In this document: piece by piece, positions 46,758-57,807 of the stretch
How the letters are laid out: every line of letters starts with the position of its first letter
Position numbering within the stretch: position 1 is the stretch's first letter
NCBI GenBank assembly: GCA_039028615.1
Contig: JBCCHT010000009.1
Span: forward strand, 96,001 to 160,000
Origin: Myxococcota bacterium
Lineage (GTDB): Bacteria > Myxococcota_A > Polyangia > Nannocystales > Nannocystaceae
Direction: 5' to 3'
DNA: 64,000 nt
Notes under the pieces: generated by a model
What the model saw: only the letters and a program-made list of their open reading frames with translations
Databases searched by the model: none
What the model was told of the DNA's origin: nothing
Made by a program: the position numbers and the translations under genes

Positions 46758-46835
46758 CCGATTGGTCAAGGGGGCTGTGCCCCACATCCCGCGGCCTCCG
46801 CAAGCGCGAGAGATCGGGTAATCTAGTCCGCGGAG

Positions 46836-49007
46836 ATGGGGGAGACCGAGGACAGCCGCTCGATCGGCGATGGTTCGATCCATCCGTCCGAGGTCACCCA
46901 GGCGTCCCGAAGCGGCGGTCCACCCGAAGACGCCGCGGCTGCGCTGCAGGAGCTGGTCGCCCGCAAGGTGAAAAAGCAGCTCTTCGGTGGCCCCAACTCC
47001 ACGCGCACGATCGGTCGCTACACGGTGCTCGACACCCTCGGCGAGGGCGGCATGGGCACGGTGTTGCGGGGCTTCGATCCCGAGCTCGATCGCCAGGTCG
47101 CTCTCAAGGTCCTGCAGAGCCAGATCAGCCACCGCGAAGCGGCGCGCCTGCGTCGTGAGGCGCAAGCCATGGCCCGGCTCTCGCATCCCAATGTGGTGCA
47201 GGTCTACGAGGTCGGTGAGTCCAATGGGCGCATCTTCGTAGCGATGGAGCTGGTCGCCGGCCAGACCCTGCGCGAGTGGATGAAGGAGGGGCACGGCTGG
47301 CGCGAGTGCGTGGCGCTGTTCATCTCGTTGGGCGAAGGCCTCGCGGCGGCCCACGAAGGCGGGCTCGTGCATCGCGACTTCAAGCCCGGTAACGCGCTCA
47401 TCGACACCAAAGGCCGGCCCCGTGTGCTCGACTTCGGCCTGGCTCGCCAGACCGACGGCTACGACGACTACGAAGACGACCCCTCGCTCAGCTCGGTGAG
47501 GAACGCGCTGGTGACCACGGGCGAGGCGGTGCTGGCCGACACCCCGCTGACCAAGACGGGCGCGGTGGTGGGGACGCCCGCCTATATGTCGCCCGAGCAG
47601 TATCACGGCGACACCGTCGACACGCGTAGCGACCAGTTCAGCTTCTGCGTCACGATGTACGAGGCGCTCTACGGCGAGCGCCCCTTCGCGGGCAGTGAGC
47701 TCGAGAACATCATGGAGGCGGTGCGGCTCGGTGAGCTGACGCCGGTCGCCAAAGGGCGCAGCGTGCCGCGAGCGCTCCGCAAGATCTTGGTGCGCGGCAT
47801 GGCCCTGGATCCCAACGATCGGTGGCCCTCGATCGACGCGTTGCTCTCCGAGCTGCGTGCGATGGTCGCGTCGCGCTGGCGAGCCTGGGCCGTAGCCGGT
47901 CTCGCGTCGGTGCTGCTGGCGACGGGCGGGGCCCTGGCGGCGGCGGCCTACCTCGGCGACGATGGTATCTCCTGCGATGGGCTCGAGCGCGAGCTGCAGG
48001 GCGTTTGGGACCCCCAGCGAAAGCAGGGCGTCGAGGCGGCATTCACTGCGACCCAGGCGGAAGGGGCCGCACAGACCTGGGCTGAGGTCGAGGCTGGCCT
48101 CGATGACTACACCCGTCGCTGGGTGGCGGTGCGCACCGATGCGTGTCGAGCCGCCGCGCGCCCGGAGCAGGCGCTCGATGCGGTCGTGGCCGACGCAGAG
48201 TGCCTCGAAGACCAGCGGTTGGCCCTGCGCGAGACCGTCGATGCGTTGACCGACATCGATGCCGATGGGGTCTCCGCGGCGGCTTCACGAGTCTCGCGGC
48301 TCGCGACGCCCGGCGACTGTCGCGGTGGCGACGATGCGCTCGCTTCTGTCGAAGGCGGGGAGGAACCCTCCGACTCGGCGAGCGCATCGTCCGACGTCTT
48401 GCTCCTCGACGACTGCCCCTACGATCCGTCGCTGGCGCTGTGCCTGCGCTTCGAGTCGATCGAAGGCAGCACCGTCTACGAGGACACCAACCCGTCGATT
48501 CGAGGCGAAATCTCCGGCGACGCTCGGATCGAGCCCGGCCCGCACGGCAACGCGCTGGTGCTGCCCGGCCACGATGGCCGGCTCACGCTCGATCGCCCCA
48601 TCAACCCTCCGGGCTCGTTCAGCATCGACCTTCAGCTGTGGATGAACGACGGCGCACAGCGGTGGTCCGGCATCGTCGACAACTGGATCAAGGACGAAGG
48701 CATCTGGCTGGGGGTCACCACGCGCCCGGGGGGCCTCGCGTTCTGGGTCGACGGCGTCTCGATCTCGATCGAGGACGTCCCCAAAGATCGCTGGATCCAC
48801 GTGCTCGCCACCTTCGACGTCGGTACCGGGGTCATGTCCATGTACGTCGACGGCAAGCTGGTCGCGCTCGGACAGCACAGCGGGCCCGCGACGCCGCGGC
48901 CTGGACCGATGATCCTCGGCTGGGGGGTCGACGACGATGCGCCCTTCGGAGGCAAGGTCGACACGGTGAGGATCTGGCACCGCGTGCTCGAGCCTCCACC
49001 GCAGTAG
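46836..49007 (+). CDS. Ser/Thr protein kinase with an extracellular LamG/concanavalin-A-like domain
   Basis: LGEGGMG, HRDFKPGN, DFG and GTPAYMSPEQ, a TM helix, then W.HV.ATFD....MYVDG and F.G.VD.VRIW.R.L. Confidence 0.9.
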   Translation: MGETEDSRSIGDGSIHPSEVTQASRSGGPPEDAAAALQELVARKVKKQLFGGPNSTRTIGRYTVLDTLGEGGMGTVLRGFDPELDRQVALKVLQSQISHREAARLRREAQAMARLSHPNVVQVYEVGESNGRIFVAMELVAGQTLREWMKEGHGWRECVALFISLGEGLAAAHEGGLVHRDFKPGNALIDTKGRPRVLDFGLARQTDGYDDYEDDPSLSSVRNALVTTGEAVLADTPLTKTGAVVGTPAYMSPEQYHGDTVDTRSDQFSFCVTMYEALYGERPFAGSELENIMEAVRLGELTPVAKGRSVPRALRKILVRGMALDPNDRWPSIDALLSELRAMVASRWRAWAVAGLASVLLATGGALAAAAYLGDDGISCDGLERELQGVWDPQRKQGVEAAFTATQAEGAAQTWAEVEAGLDDYTRRWVAVRTDACRAAARPEQALDAVVADAECLEDQRLALRETVDALTDIDADGVSAAASRVSRLATPGDCRGGDDALASVEGGEEPSDSASASSDVLLLDDCPYDPSLALCLRFESIEGSTVYEDTNPSIRGEISGDARIEPGPHGNALVLPGHDGRLTLDRPINPPGSFSIDLQLWMNDGAQRWSGIVDNWIKDEGIWLGVTTRPGGLAFWVDGVSISIEDVPKDRWIHVLATFDVGTGVMSMYVDGKLVALGQHSGPATPRPGPMILGWGVDDDAPFGGKVDTVRIWHRVLEPPPQ

Positions 49008-49085
49008 GAGCGACCCCCTCGTTCGGGTGGCGCGCTCGCGGGCAGGCTGCCGTACCGTGGGACCTTCCCCTGGCTCGGACCGACG

Positions 49086-49538
49086 ATGAAGCTCCCTCGA
49101 ATCCACCGTTACGCGTCGTCTTACGCTCCTGCGCCCACGGGGGCGGTGGCCTCCTCTCGCGGCCTCACGCCGAACTCGAAAAAGAAGAAGAACAAGTCGA
49201 CCGAGTACGTCGTGCGAGGAGGTCAGTGCAACACGCAAGACTTCATCAACGGCGCAGAGAACAACGGCTTCGTGCAGGACGATGACGACGAGATCGACGG
49301 GCTCTCGGTCAACCTGGTGACCGCACCCACCTCGATCAAGTCGACCCAGTCATCGGTGTACTTCTGTGACACCACGCTGCCGCAAAAGAGCCGCTGCGCC
49401 GCCAAACGCAGCGACATCGAGGGGGCCGGAGGCACCGTCGAGGAAGACCCGATCAAGGGGAACGCCGACCATGCCAAGGTCTCGGGGCTCACGGCGAAGC
49501 AGCTGAACTCGCTGTTCACGCGCCATTTCTCGTGCTGA
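49086..49538 (+). CDS. Hypothetical protein resembling a polymorphic-toxin C-terminal domain
   Basis: VVRGG...F..G, GLSVN, I..AGG.V..DP..GN..HA...G.T...L..LF. Confidence 0.55.
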   Translation: MKLPRIHRYASSYAPAPTGAVASSRGLTPNSKKKKNKSTEYVVRGGQCNTQDFINGAENNGFVQDDDDEIDGLSVNLVTAPTSIKSTQSSVYFCDTTLPQKSRCAAKRSDIEGAGGTVEEDPIKGNADHAKVSGLTAKQLNSLFTRHFSC

Positions 49539-49563
49539 GCCCGGTCGACGGCGCGCGGCCGGC

Positions 49564-50511
49564 TCAGGCCGCGCGAGCAGCCCGGAACGCCCGTGGGCTC
49601 TCGCCCGTGGCTCGCTTGAACGCTCGGCTGAACGCCGCCTCGCTCGCGTAGCCCACCGCGGCGGCCGTCTCGGCCAGGCTCGCCCCGTGCCGAAGATCGC
49701 GAGCGGCGACCTGCATGCGCCAGCGCGTGAGGTAGGCGGCCGGCGTCTCTCCGACCTTCTCCGTGAAGCGGTTGTACAACGCCGTGCGCGACATCCCGGC
49801 GCGGCGCGCCAGTGAACCGGCCGTCCATGCGGTGGCCGGCTCGGCGTGGATGAGCCCCAGCACCCGCGACAACTTCGGATCACCGAGCGCGCTGAGCCAC
49901 CCGATGCTATCGGCGGGCGCCTCGGCGATGAACCGACGCACGGCCTGCACGAAGAGCACGTCGGCGAGCCGAGCGACGACGGTCTCCGACCCGGGCTGGC
50001 CACCGCTCGTCTCGGCGCCGAGCAACCGCAGGGTGGCGTCGAGCCAGGCCGCGGCGGGGCCTTCGGCACACCGCACGTGCAGCAGCGGCGGCAGCTGGGG
50101 TCGCAGCATGGCGGCCGCTTCGGCGGTGAAGTGGAAGCTCCCACACAGGACCGAAGTGCGTGCTCCGTCGCCGCCGTGGGTGATGCAAGGCAGGCCGTCT
50201 TCGCCCGGCGGGGCGTCGAGGCTGGCGATGGGGGAGGGGACGATGGCGGGATCGGAGCTGAGCACGTGCGCGTCGCCGTGCGGCATGATCAGCACGTCGC
50301 CGCTGCGAAACGTGACCCGATCGTCGCCGCCGTGCACCCGGGCAAAGCCGGCGCCGCGCACCACGACATGGAAGATCGCGGGACGGTCGGGCCCGGGCTC
50401 GCCGCTGCCGCGCGTGGAGACCGACCAGGGCTCGCCCAGCTCGGCGCGGCTGAACACCGTCCCGCGGACGCCGGACCGATGGAGAAGCTCACTGAGTGGA
50501 TCTGGATGCAT
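49564..50511 (-). CDS. AraC family regulator with a Cupin_6 N-terminal domain (RclR-like)
   Basis: DPLSELL, FHVV.RG, GD...PHGDAH, GWL.AL.DP, WT...LA...GMSR and VGY.SEAAFSRAFKR. Confidence 0.9.
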   Translation of the reverse strand: MHPDPLSELLHRSGVRGTVFSRAELGEPWSVSTRGSGEPGPDRPAIFHVVVRGAGFARVHGGDDRVTFRSGDVLIMPHGDAHVLSSDPAIVPSPIASLDAPPGEDGLPCITHGGDGARTSVLCGSFHFTAEAAAMLRPQLPPLLHVRCAEGPAAAWLDATLRLLGAETSGGQPGSETVVARLADVLFVQAVRRFIAEAPADSIGWLSALGDPKLSRVLGLIHAEPATAWTAGSLARRAGMSRTALYNRFTEKVGETPAAYLTRWRMQVAARDLRHGASLAETAAAVGYASEAAFSRAFKRATGESPRAFRAARAA

Positions 50512-50628
50512 GATTGTGTACGAATGAGCAAGTAAATGGGACGTGAAATGATACCATCGTCCAGCGCTCGGGACTATTCCTATTGAGGCCGGCGATGGAC
50601 GCCGGCCCCGAAGACCCGGAGTAGACCG

Positions 50629-50907
50629 ATGACCCGCACCCTCGTTGCCACCGTCCTGAACTTCCTTTTTCCCGGCGCCGGCTACCTCGTCCTGGGCCAT
50701 CGCGTGCCCCTGGCATTGATGTGGCTGGTGGGCGTGATGGGGCTGACCTATGTGGAGCTCGGCATTCAGACGGCGGCGCCCTCGTACTACTGGCCCATGT
50801 TCGCGTCGGTGTTCCTCATGAACACCGCGTTTGCCATCGACGCCTATCGCGTGGGCAAGGCCAAGGCGCAGGAGCAGGCGGGGGGCATGGCCCTGCAAGC
50901 GGCCTGA
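50629..50907 (+). CDS. Small membrane protein (92 aa, about 3 TM)
   Basis: GGAG RBS, LNFLFPGAGYL.LG motif, divergent from the AraC gene. Confidence 0.7.
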   Translation: MTRTLVATVLNFLFPGAGYLVLGHRVPLALMWLVGVMGLTYVELGIQTAAPSYYWPMFASVFLMNTAFAIDAYRVGKAKAQEQAGGMALQAA

Positions 50908-50928
50908 ACCGCCGTTATACTCCGCGAA

Positions 50929-51450
50929 GTGTCCGACCCAGCGCCGAAACCCGAGCGCCAGCCGAGGACCGCGGTGTACCCGGGGTCCTTCGATCCGATG
51001 ACCGTTGGCCACCTCGACATCCTCGAGCGTGCAGTCAAGATCTTCGACAAGGTGATCGTGGCGGTGGGTCAGCACCCGACCAAGCGCGGCTACTTCACGG
51101 TGGAAGAGCGCGTTCAGCTCATCCGCCGCAGCGCCGAGCACCTGGGCGACGGATTCGAGGCGGTCTCGTTCTCCGGGTTGGTCATCGACTTTTGTCGAGC
51201 GCGCGGCGCTCAGCTCATCGTTCGCGGCCTGCGAGCGGTCAGCGACTTCGAGCCGGAGTTCCAGATGGGCCTGGCCAACCGGGATCTGCACCCGGAGGTC
51301 GAGACGGTGTTCCTGATCCCGCGGCCCGACCGGATGTTCGTCAGCAGCTCGCTGGTGCGGGAGATCGCCAGCCACGGCGGCGACTACCAGCGCTACGTGA
51401 GCCCCGCCGTGGCCGAGGCCATGAAGGCCCGCAGCCACAAGGGTTCCTGA
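50929..51450 (+). CDS. coaD: Phosphopantetheine adenylyltransferase
   Basis: AVYPGSFDPMT.GH.DI, IVRGLR..SDFE.E.QM and SSSLVRE. Confidence 0.95.
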   Translation: MSDPAPKPERQPRTAVYPGSFDPMTVGHLDILERAVKIFDKVIVAVGQHPTKRGYFTVEERVQLIRRSAEHLGDGFEAVSFSGLVIDFCRARGAQLIVRGLRAVSDFEPEFQMGLANRDLHPEVETVFLIPRPDRMFVSSSLVREIASHGGDYQRYVSPAVAEAMKARSHKGS

Positions 51451-51452
51451 GC

Positions 51453-52085
51453 GTGGCCAACAGCGACCCCAAAAAGGCCCTCGCGCATCGTCCCGGCTCC
51501 GACCTCGAGCCCTGGCGAGGGGACGACCACCTGGTGAAGGTCGAGGCCGCGGCCGAGGCCGGACTGCCGCGCAACGAGGCCGAGCTCGACCTGTACACCA
51601 AGGGGTTTTCGGCGGGCATGACCGTCGAGGACGACCACGACGGAGCGATCGTGGCCCGAGGCCGGACGGTGCTCTCGGATCGAGAGCTCCGCAAGAGCGT
51701 GCGGGCGCCGTTGCAGTACCTCGGCGTCGCGATGGATGCGGTGAAGGTTCGGGTGCACGACGGCGACTTCGAGCTGCGCGTGGCCAAGCATGCGGCCGAA
51801 GCCAGCCAGCCCGCGCTCGAGTCGGGCAAGGTGGCGCTCAAGCTGTGGTTCGGCTTCGGTTTACTCGGTCTTGCCTGCTACCAAATCCTCGCCATCCCAG
51901 CGGCGGCGGCCGTGTTGTGGGGGATCGGCTTGATGCTCGGCGGGTGGCAGCTGCGACAGGGCATGGCCAGCGGTCGCATGATGCTCGCCGGTCGGCTCGC
52001 GGTAGGCCTGGGTATGTTGGCCCAAGAAGAAAAGATCATCCTGCCCCCGGGTGACGCCCCGACCCTCGAGCTCGGCGGAGACTGA
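51453..52085 (+). CDS. Hypothetical membrane protein
   Basis: GTG 2 bp after the coaD stop, two TM helices near the C-terminus, coding-like codon usage. Confidence 0.65.
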   Translation: MANSDPKKALAHRPGSDLEPWRGDDHLVKVEAAAEAGLPRNEAELDLYTKGFSAGMTVEDDHDGAIVARGRTVLSDRELRKSVRAPLQYLGVAMDAVKVRVHDGDFELRVAKHAAEASQPALESGKVALKLWFGFGLLGLACYQILAIPAAAAVLWGIGLMLGGWQLRQGMASGRMMLAGRLAVGLGMLAQEEKIILPPGDAPTLELGGD

Positions 52086-52152
52086 CACTGACTCCACGTC
52101 GGGCGGTGATGATACCTTCGGGGCGCCAATGCGATCGAAGGGAGCTTCACGG

Positions 52153-53685
52153 ATGCACGACGTCGGGCAGGTGCGGAGATGGGGAAGGCCGGCTGCGCTC
52201 GCGGGCGCCATGATGGCCGCGCTGGCGGCTCCCCGCGCGGCGGAGGCCGGGGGCTTCTACGTGCCCGAGATCGGCCCCCGTGAGACGGCGATGGCCGGGG
52301 CCGCGGTGGCGCAATCCTCCGAGACCAGCACCGCCGCCATCTTCCACAACCCGGCGAACTTGGCTGGGCCCACGGGCACCCGCATCCAGGTCGCAGGCAG
52401 CATCTTTTTGCCCAACGTCGAGTTTTATCGGCGGCCGGTCGACGACCCGCTCAGCGGCGAGCGCATTCGCTTTGGTCGCACCCGCAACTCCAACCGCATC
52501 GGCGGCGCGCCCTACCTCGGGGTCGCGAGCGACTTCGGCGTGCCCAACTTGGCGGCCGGCGTCGCGGTGCACGTGCCCTTCGGCGCCCACCTGGTGTTCC
52601 CGCGCGACGGCGAGGGCCGCCACGTGGTCACCGAGGTCAACCTGCGCACCATCTACGTGACGCCGACGGTGGCCTACAAGCTCTTCGATCGGCTGAGCAT
52701 CGGCGTGGGCTTCAACTACATCTATGCCGACCTGTCGCTCGACCAGGTCAACGCGGCGCACTTCGTGACCGGGGACCCCGAGCTCATTCCGCAGCCCGAT
52801 CCCAGCCAGGAGGGCATCACCCAGCTGCGGGGGCGCGACGCGGCGAGCTTCGGGGCGAACATCGGCATCACGTACACCGACCCGGAGAACCGCTACGCGT
52901 TCGGGGCCAGCCTGATGACCCCGGGCAAGCTGCACTTCCGTGGTCCCGTGCAGGTCATCAACGGCGAGATCACGCCGCTGGTCGACGAGGAGGGCAACGA
53001 GCTACAGCCCGCCGGGGTCCGCAGCGACATGCAGACCACGACCTATCCGCTGCCGATGATCCTGCGGCTGGGCACGATGTTCCGTCCCCACGATCAGGTG
53101 ATGGTCGAGGTCGACTACAACTGGCAGCGCTGGAAGACCTTCGACCAGATCACCGCGCAGTTCGACAACAACTACGAGCTGCTACCCACCCCCGGGGCGT
53201 ACATGGCCGACGTGGTGCTCGAGCAGCACTGGACCAACAGCCACACGCTGCGCCTGGGCACCGAGTTCTCGCCGCTGCCGGTCGAGCGTCTGCCGCTGCG
53301 GTTGCGGGCGGGCGTGCTGCTCGACCAGAGCCCCATCCGCGACAAGTACTTCGACTTGCTCGCCCCCGACTCCGACAAGATCGGGCTGAGCGTCGGTGCG
53401 GGCTACACGTTCGCGGTGGGCGACAAGGTGAAGATCGACGCCGACCTGGGGTTCATGCACCTCATGTTCCGAGAGCGAAATATCGCTCCAGAGACGGTCG
53501 GAGCGCCGCTTTCCGGGAACGACGACGATGCGTCGCCGCTCAACGACTCGATGGACAACCCCTTCGGTCGCGAGGTGCCCGGCTCGAGCAAGACCATCTT
53601 GAACAAGCCCGCGCCGAGCTTCTTTCACGGGGTGACACGCGCGTTCTTCGACATCCTCGGCGTCGGGGTGACGGTGCGGCTATGA
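52153..53685 (+). CDS. OmpP1/FadL family outer-membrane transporter
   Basis: Signal ending AEA, then GGF...E.G....MAGA, AIFHNPA.L, PFG, TPT.AYK, W..W..F and R.G...DQSP. Start uncertain. Confidence 0.85.
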   Translation: MHDVGQVRRWGRPAALAGAMMAALAAPRAAEAGGFYVPEIGPRETAMAGAAVAQSSETSTAAIFHNPANLAGPTGTRIQVAGSIFLPNVEFYRRPVDDPLSGERIRFGRTRNSNRIGGAPYLGVASDFGVPNLAAGVAVHVPFGAHLVFPRDGEGRHVVTEVNLRTIYVTPTVAYKLFDRLSIGVGFNYIYADLSLDQVNAAHFVTGDPELIPQPDPSQEGITQLRGRDAASFGANIGITYTDPENRYAFGASLMTPGKLHFRGPVQVINGEITPLVDEEGNELQPAGVRSDMQTTTYPLPMILRLGTMFRPHDQVMVEVDYNWQRWKTFDQITAQFDNNYELLPTPGAYMADVVLEQHWTNSHTLRLGTEFSPLPVERLPLRLRAGVLLDQSPIRDKYFDLLAPDSDKIGLSVGAGYTFAVGDKVKIDADLGFMHLMFRERNIAPETVGAPLSGNDDDASPLNDSMDNPFGREVPGSSKTILNKPAPSFFHGVTRAFFDILGVGVTVRL

Positions 53686-53845
53686 GCTGCGCACGAAGTC
53701 GGCCGGGGTACGGCGCGGACGCGGGGGCGCCCCGCGGCCGTAGCGATGGGCACGGTGCTGCGGTATCGTGGCTTGCACCGCGATGGATCGCCGCATCGGG
53801 CTCGGCCGGCGGAGGGCACGCAAACGGGTGGAGTGGAGGGAACCG

Positions 53846-54838
53846 ATGATTCGTCTTCGAATGCTGAGCACGGCCGCGTTGATCGTGGGTCTGGGTACGG
53901 GCTGTGGCTTTGGCGTCGACCCCTTCGCCGACGACATCGGTGGAGCCGGGGGTGACGAAGGCGATGCCGACGGCGGGGGCCCGGCCGATGGCACGACCTC
54001 CGGCGGCGGCGTCGACCCGATGGACGAGACCTCGGTGGGCGAAGGCTCGGCCGAAGGGTCCGAGGACGACGGGGCGACCGACGACGCGGGCGAGACGGGC
54101 ATGGCCGAGCCGCAGTGCGAGCCCACGCCCACGCGCATGGTCGTGCTGGGCGACAGCATCTTCGCGTGCTTCGGGGTCGGCGGGAAACAAAGCGCCGACT
54201 GCTCCGCGCTCCAGCTGCACAGCTACATCTCGGACACGGTGGGGCCGGTCAGCTACGAGAACCTCGCGGTCAACGGTGCCCGCACCACCGACGTCATCAA
54301 CAACCAGATCCCGGCGATGGAGGTCGGGATGCCGGGCCACGTGTTCGTGCTCGTCTTCATCGGCGGCAACGACCTGGCCGCGCACATCTTCTCGTCGGAC
54401 GACGCGGCCACCAACGCGTGGGAGAACACCACGGGGCCCGACGTCGCCAACCACTGGGAGAACATCTTCGCGTTCTTCGAGAACCCGGCGAACTTCCCCG
54501 ACGGGGTCACCGTGCTGATGAACACGCAGTACAACCCCTTCGACGATTGCACCGCGTCGCCCTATCCCACGGTGACGCCGGTCAAAAATGAAATTCTCGG
54601 AATGCACAATGTTGCGCTTACGGCCCGGGCCGACGCGCGCGACTATGTGTTCATCGCCGATCAACACGCGCCGTTCCTGGGGCACGGGCACCACTTCGAC
54701 AAGCCGGAGTGCCCCGGCTACATCGCGGGGGCGGAGAACTGGATGAACGATCTCATCCACCCCGACGCGGCCGGACACGCCAACATCGGGCAGGTGCTCA
54801 GCAACGCGGTCGACGGCATGTACGTCGACTGTGAGTGA
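53846..54838 (+). CDS. SGNH/GDSL hydrolase lipoprotein
   Basis: GTGC lipobox, VLGDS, NLAVNGA, IGGND and D.IHP...GH. Confidence 0.85.
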   Translation: MIRLRMLSTAALIVGLGTGCGFGVDPFADDIGGAGGDEGDADGGGPADGTTSGGGVDPMDETSVGEGSAEGSEDDGATDDAGETGMAEPQCEPTPTRMVVLGDSIFACFGVGGKQSADCSALQLHSYISDTVGPVSYENLAVNGARTTDVINNQIPAMEVGMPGHVFVLVFIGGNDLAAHIFSSDDAATNAWENTTGPDVANHWENIFAFFENPANFPDGVTVLMNTQYNPFDDCTASPYPTVTPVKNEILGMHNVALTARADARDYVFIADQHAPFLGHGHHFDKPECPGYIAGAENWMNDLIHPDAAGHANIGQVLSNAVDGMYVDCE

Positions 54839-55132
54839 TCTTTGCCGCCGCGCCGCCTCGTAACGTTCGTTGCATTTGTCCCCCCGTTTCCGGGTGCGTT
54901 CGGGGCGCGCCGGTTGGCGCCCGCGTGTCCCGAAGTGGAGATGGCAGGAGGCCGGTGAGCGTCGTCGCACACTCGATGGGTCGCAGACCCGGACCCGTCG
55001 TGGCCGGCCCCCTTCGATCGCTGGTCCCGCGGGCGCGTCGCCTGAGCGAACGTGGCCGCGCTTACACGCTGAGCTTACGCACGCGGCCTCGATGGTCGGT
55101 CGAGGGGATGCGGTTTAGAGTCCCTGCGATCG

Positions 55133-55834
55133 ATGGCGGACTCGTCGGACATTCCGCGGCTCATCAGCGAGCTGTGCGATCAGTTCTATGGGCTGGGCTG
55201 GGTCTCGGGGACCGGCGGCGGCATCTCGATCCGTGGCGACGAAGGCATCTACATGGCGCCCTCCGGCGTCCAAAAAGAGCGCATCGCGCCCGACGACGTC
55301 TTCCTCCTGGATGGCTCAGAGCTGACGCAATGCCGGGTTGTCCGGCGTCCGGCCAGCAGCGCGCTACGGGTCAGCGAGTGTCAGCCGCTGTTCTACAACG
55401 CCTTCCGCATGCGGGGCGCGGGCGCGGTGATCCACAGCCACTCGATCTGGGCCATGCTCGCCACGCGCCTGTGCTCGCCGCAGGGCCGGGCCGGGGTGTT
55501 CGCGTGCGAGGGGCTCGAGATGCAGAAGGGACTGCGCGGCAAGGGCTGCTTCGAGCGCATCGAGGTCCCCATCATCGCCAATACCGCTCGCGAGTCCGAG
55601 CTCACCGAGTCGATGGCCGCGGCCATGGCAGCGCACCCGGATGTCGATGCGGTGCTCGTCGCGGGGCATGGTGTGTACGTGTGGGGCGAGACCTGGGTGA
55701 AGGCCAAGACCCAGGCGGAGTGCTACGACTACCTCTTCCGGGCCGTGGTCGAGGCGCACCGCCTCGGGATTCCACTGACCACCGCGAAGGCGACCGGGCC
55801 CACCTTGGCCCCGGCACAGGGAGCGAACCAATGA
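55133..55834 (+). CDS. mtnB: Methylthioribulose-1-phosphate dehydratase
   Basis: GWVSGTGGGIS, APSGVQKERI, AVIHSHS, HGVYVWG and ECYDYLF. Confidence 0.9.
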   Translation: MADSSDIPRLISELCDQFYGLGWVSGTGGGISIRGDEGIYMAPSGVQKERIAPDDVFLLDGSELTQCRVVRRPASSALRVSECQPLFYNAFRMRGAGAVIHSHSIWAMLATRLCSPQGRAGVFACEGLEMQKGLRGKGCFERIEVPIIANTARESELTESMAAAMAAHPDVDAVLVAGHGVYVWGETWVKAKTQAECYDYLFRAVVEAHRLGIPLTTAKATGPTLAPAQGANQ

Positions 55835-56298
55835 TTCTCGAGTGGCTCGACGACAACGCGGGGCAGGCTCCGTGTACGCCCGATGACCTCAATGCCGCCG
55901 GCGTGCTGCACGAGCGCCTCGAGGTCGACCCCGTCGCCTATCAGCCGCCGCTCGATCGCCTCAAGGCCGAGCGCGGGTACGTCGAGCAAGACATCATCGA
56001 GCTCCGCCCCGACACGCCCAAGCTCGACGACCTGTGCGCCAAGTTTGCCCCCGAGCACCTGCATACCGACGACGAGGTGCGCTACGTGCTCGAGGGCGAG
56101 GGCATCTTCGACATTCGTTCCACCGATGACCGGTGGATGCGAGTCACGGTGCAGCAGGGCGACCTGCTCGTCGTGCCCGCCAACATCCACCATCGCTTCT
56201 TCCTGACCGATCGCAAGCAGATTCGCTGCGTACGGTTGTTCAAGGACAGCTCGGGTTGGGTGCCGCACTACCGCGAGCACGCACCCGATCCGGCCTGA
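55831..56298 (+). CDS. mtnD: Acireductone dioxygenase
   Basis: F..EHLH.DDEVRY..EGEG.FD.R...D.W.R..GDL...PA.I.HRF. ATGA overlap with mtnB. Confidence 0.9.
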   Translation: MILEWLDDNAGQAPCTPDDLNAAGVLHERLEVDPVAYQPPLDRLKAERGYVEQDIIELRPDTPKLDDLCAKFAPEHLHTDDEVRYVLEGEGIFDIRSTDDRWMRVTVQQGDLLVVPANIHHRFFLTDRKQIRCVRLFKDSSGWVPHYREHAPDPA

Positions 56299-56342
56299 CC
56301 CACGCCTTCATCTGCGAAGGACCACACCGAGGAATTTCTTCC

Positions 56343-57668
<1,326 letters not shown>

Positions 57669-57696
57669 TTCTCTGTTCGCCATCGGCGAACGCATC

Positions 57697-57735
57697 GACG
57701 CCCGCGTGCTTCCTCGGAAGCCGCGGGCGTCTTCG
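57697..57735 (+). terminator. Probable terminator hairpin after ahcY
   Basis: GACGCCCGCG-(GCTTCC..GGAAGC)-CGCGGGCGTC stem with a weak U-tail. Confidence 0.5.
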
Positions 57736-57807
57736 TGGTTGCAGTCTTTGCAAACGGCGCAATCGCAAGCCAATTGCAAAAGAATGGCGTTCGAGTACCC
57801 TGCGCCA

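Noticed and set aside
54840..55132. SAM or SAH riboswitch upstream of mtnB-mtnD-ahcY
   Set aside because: The context is suggestive, but I could not find SAM-I, SAM-II or SAH consensus elements by eye. An Rfam scan is needed.
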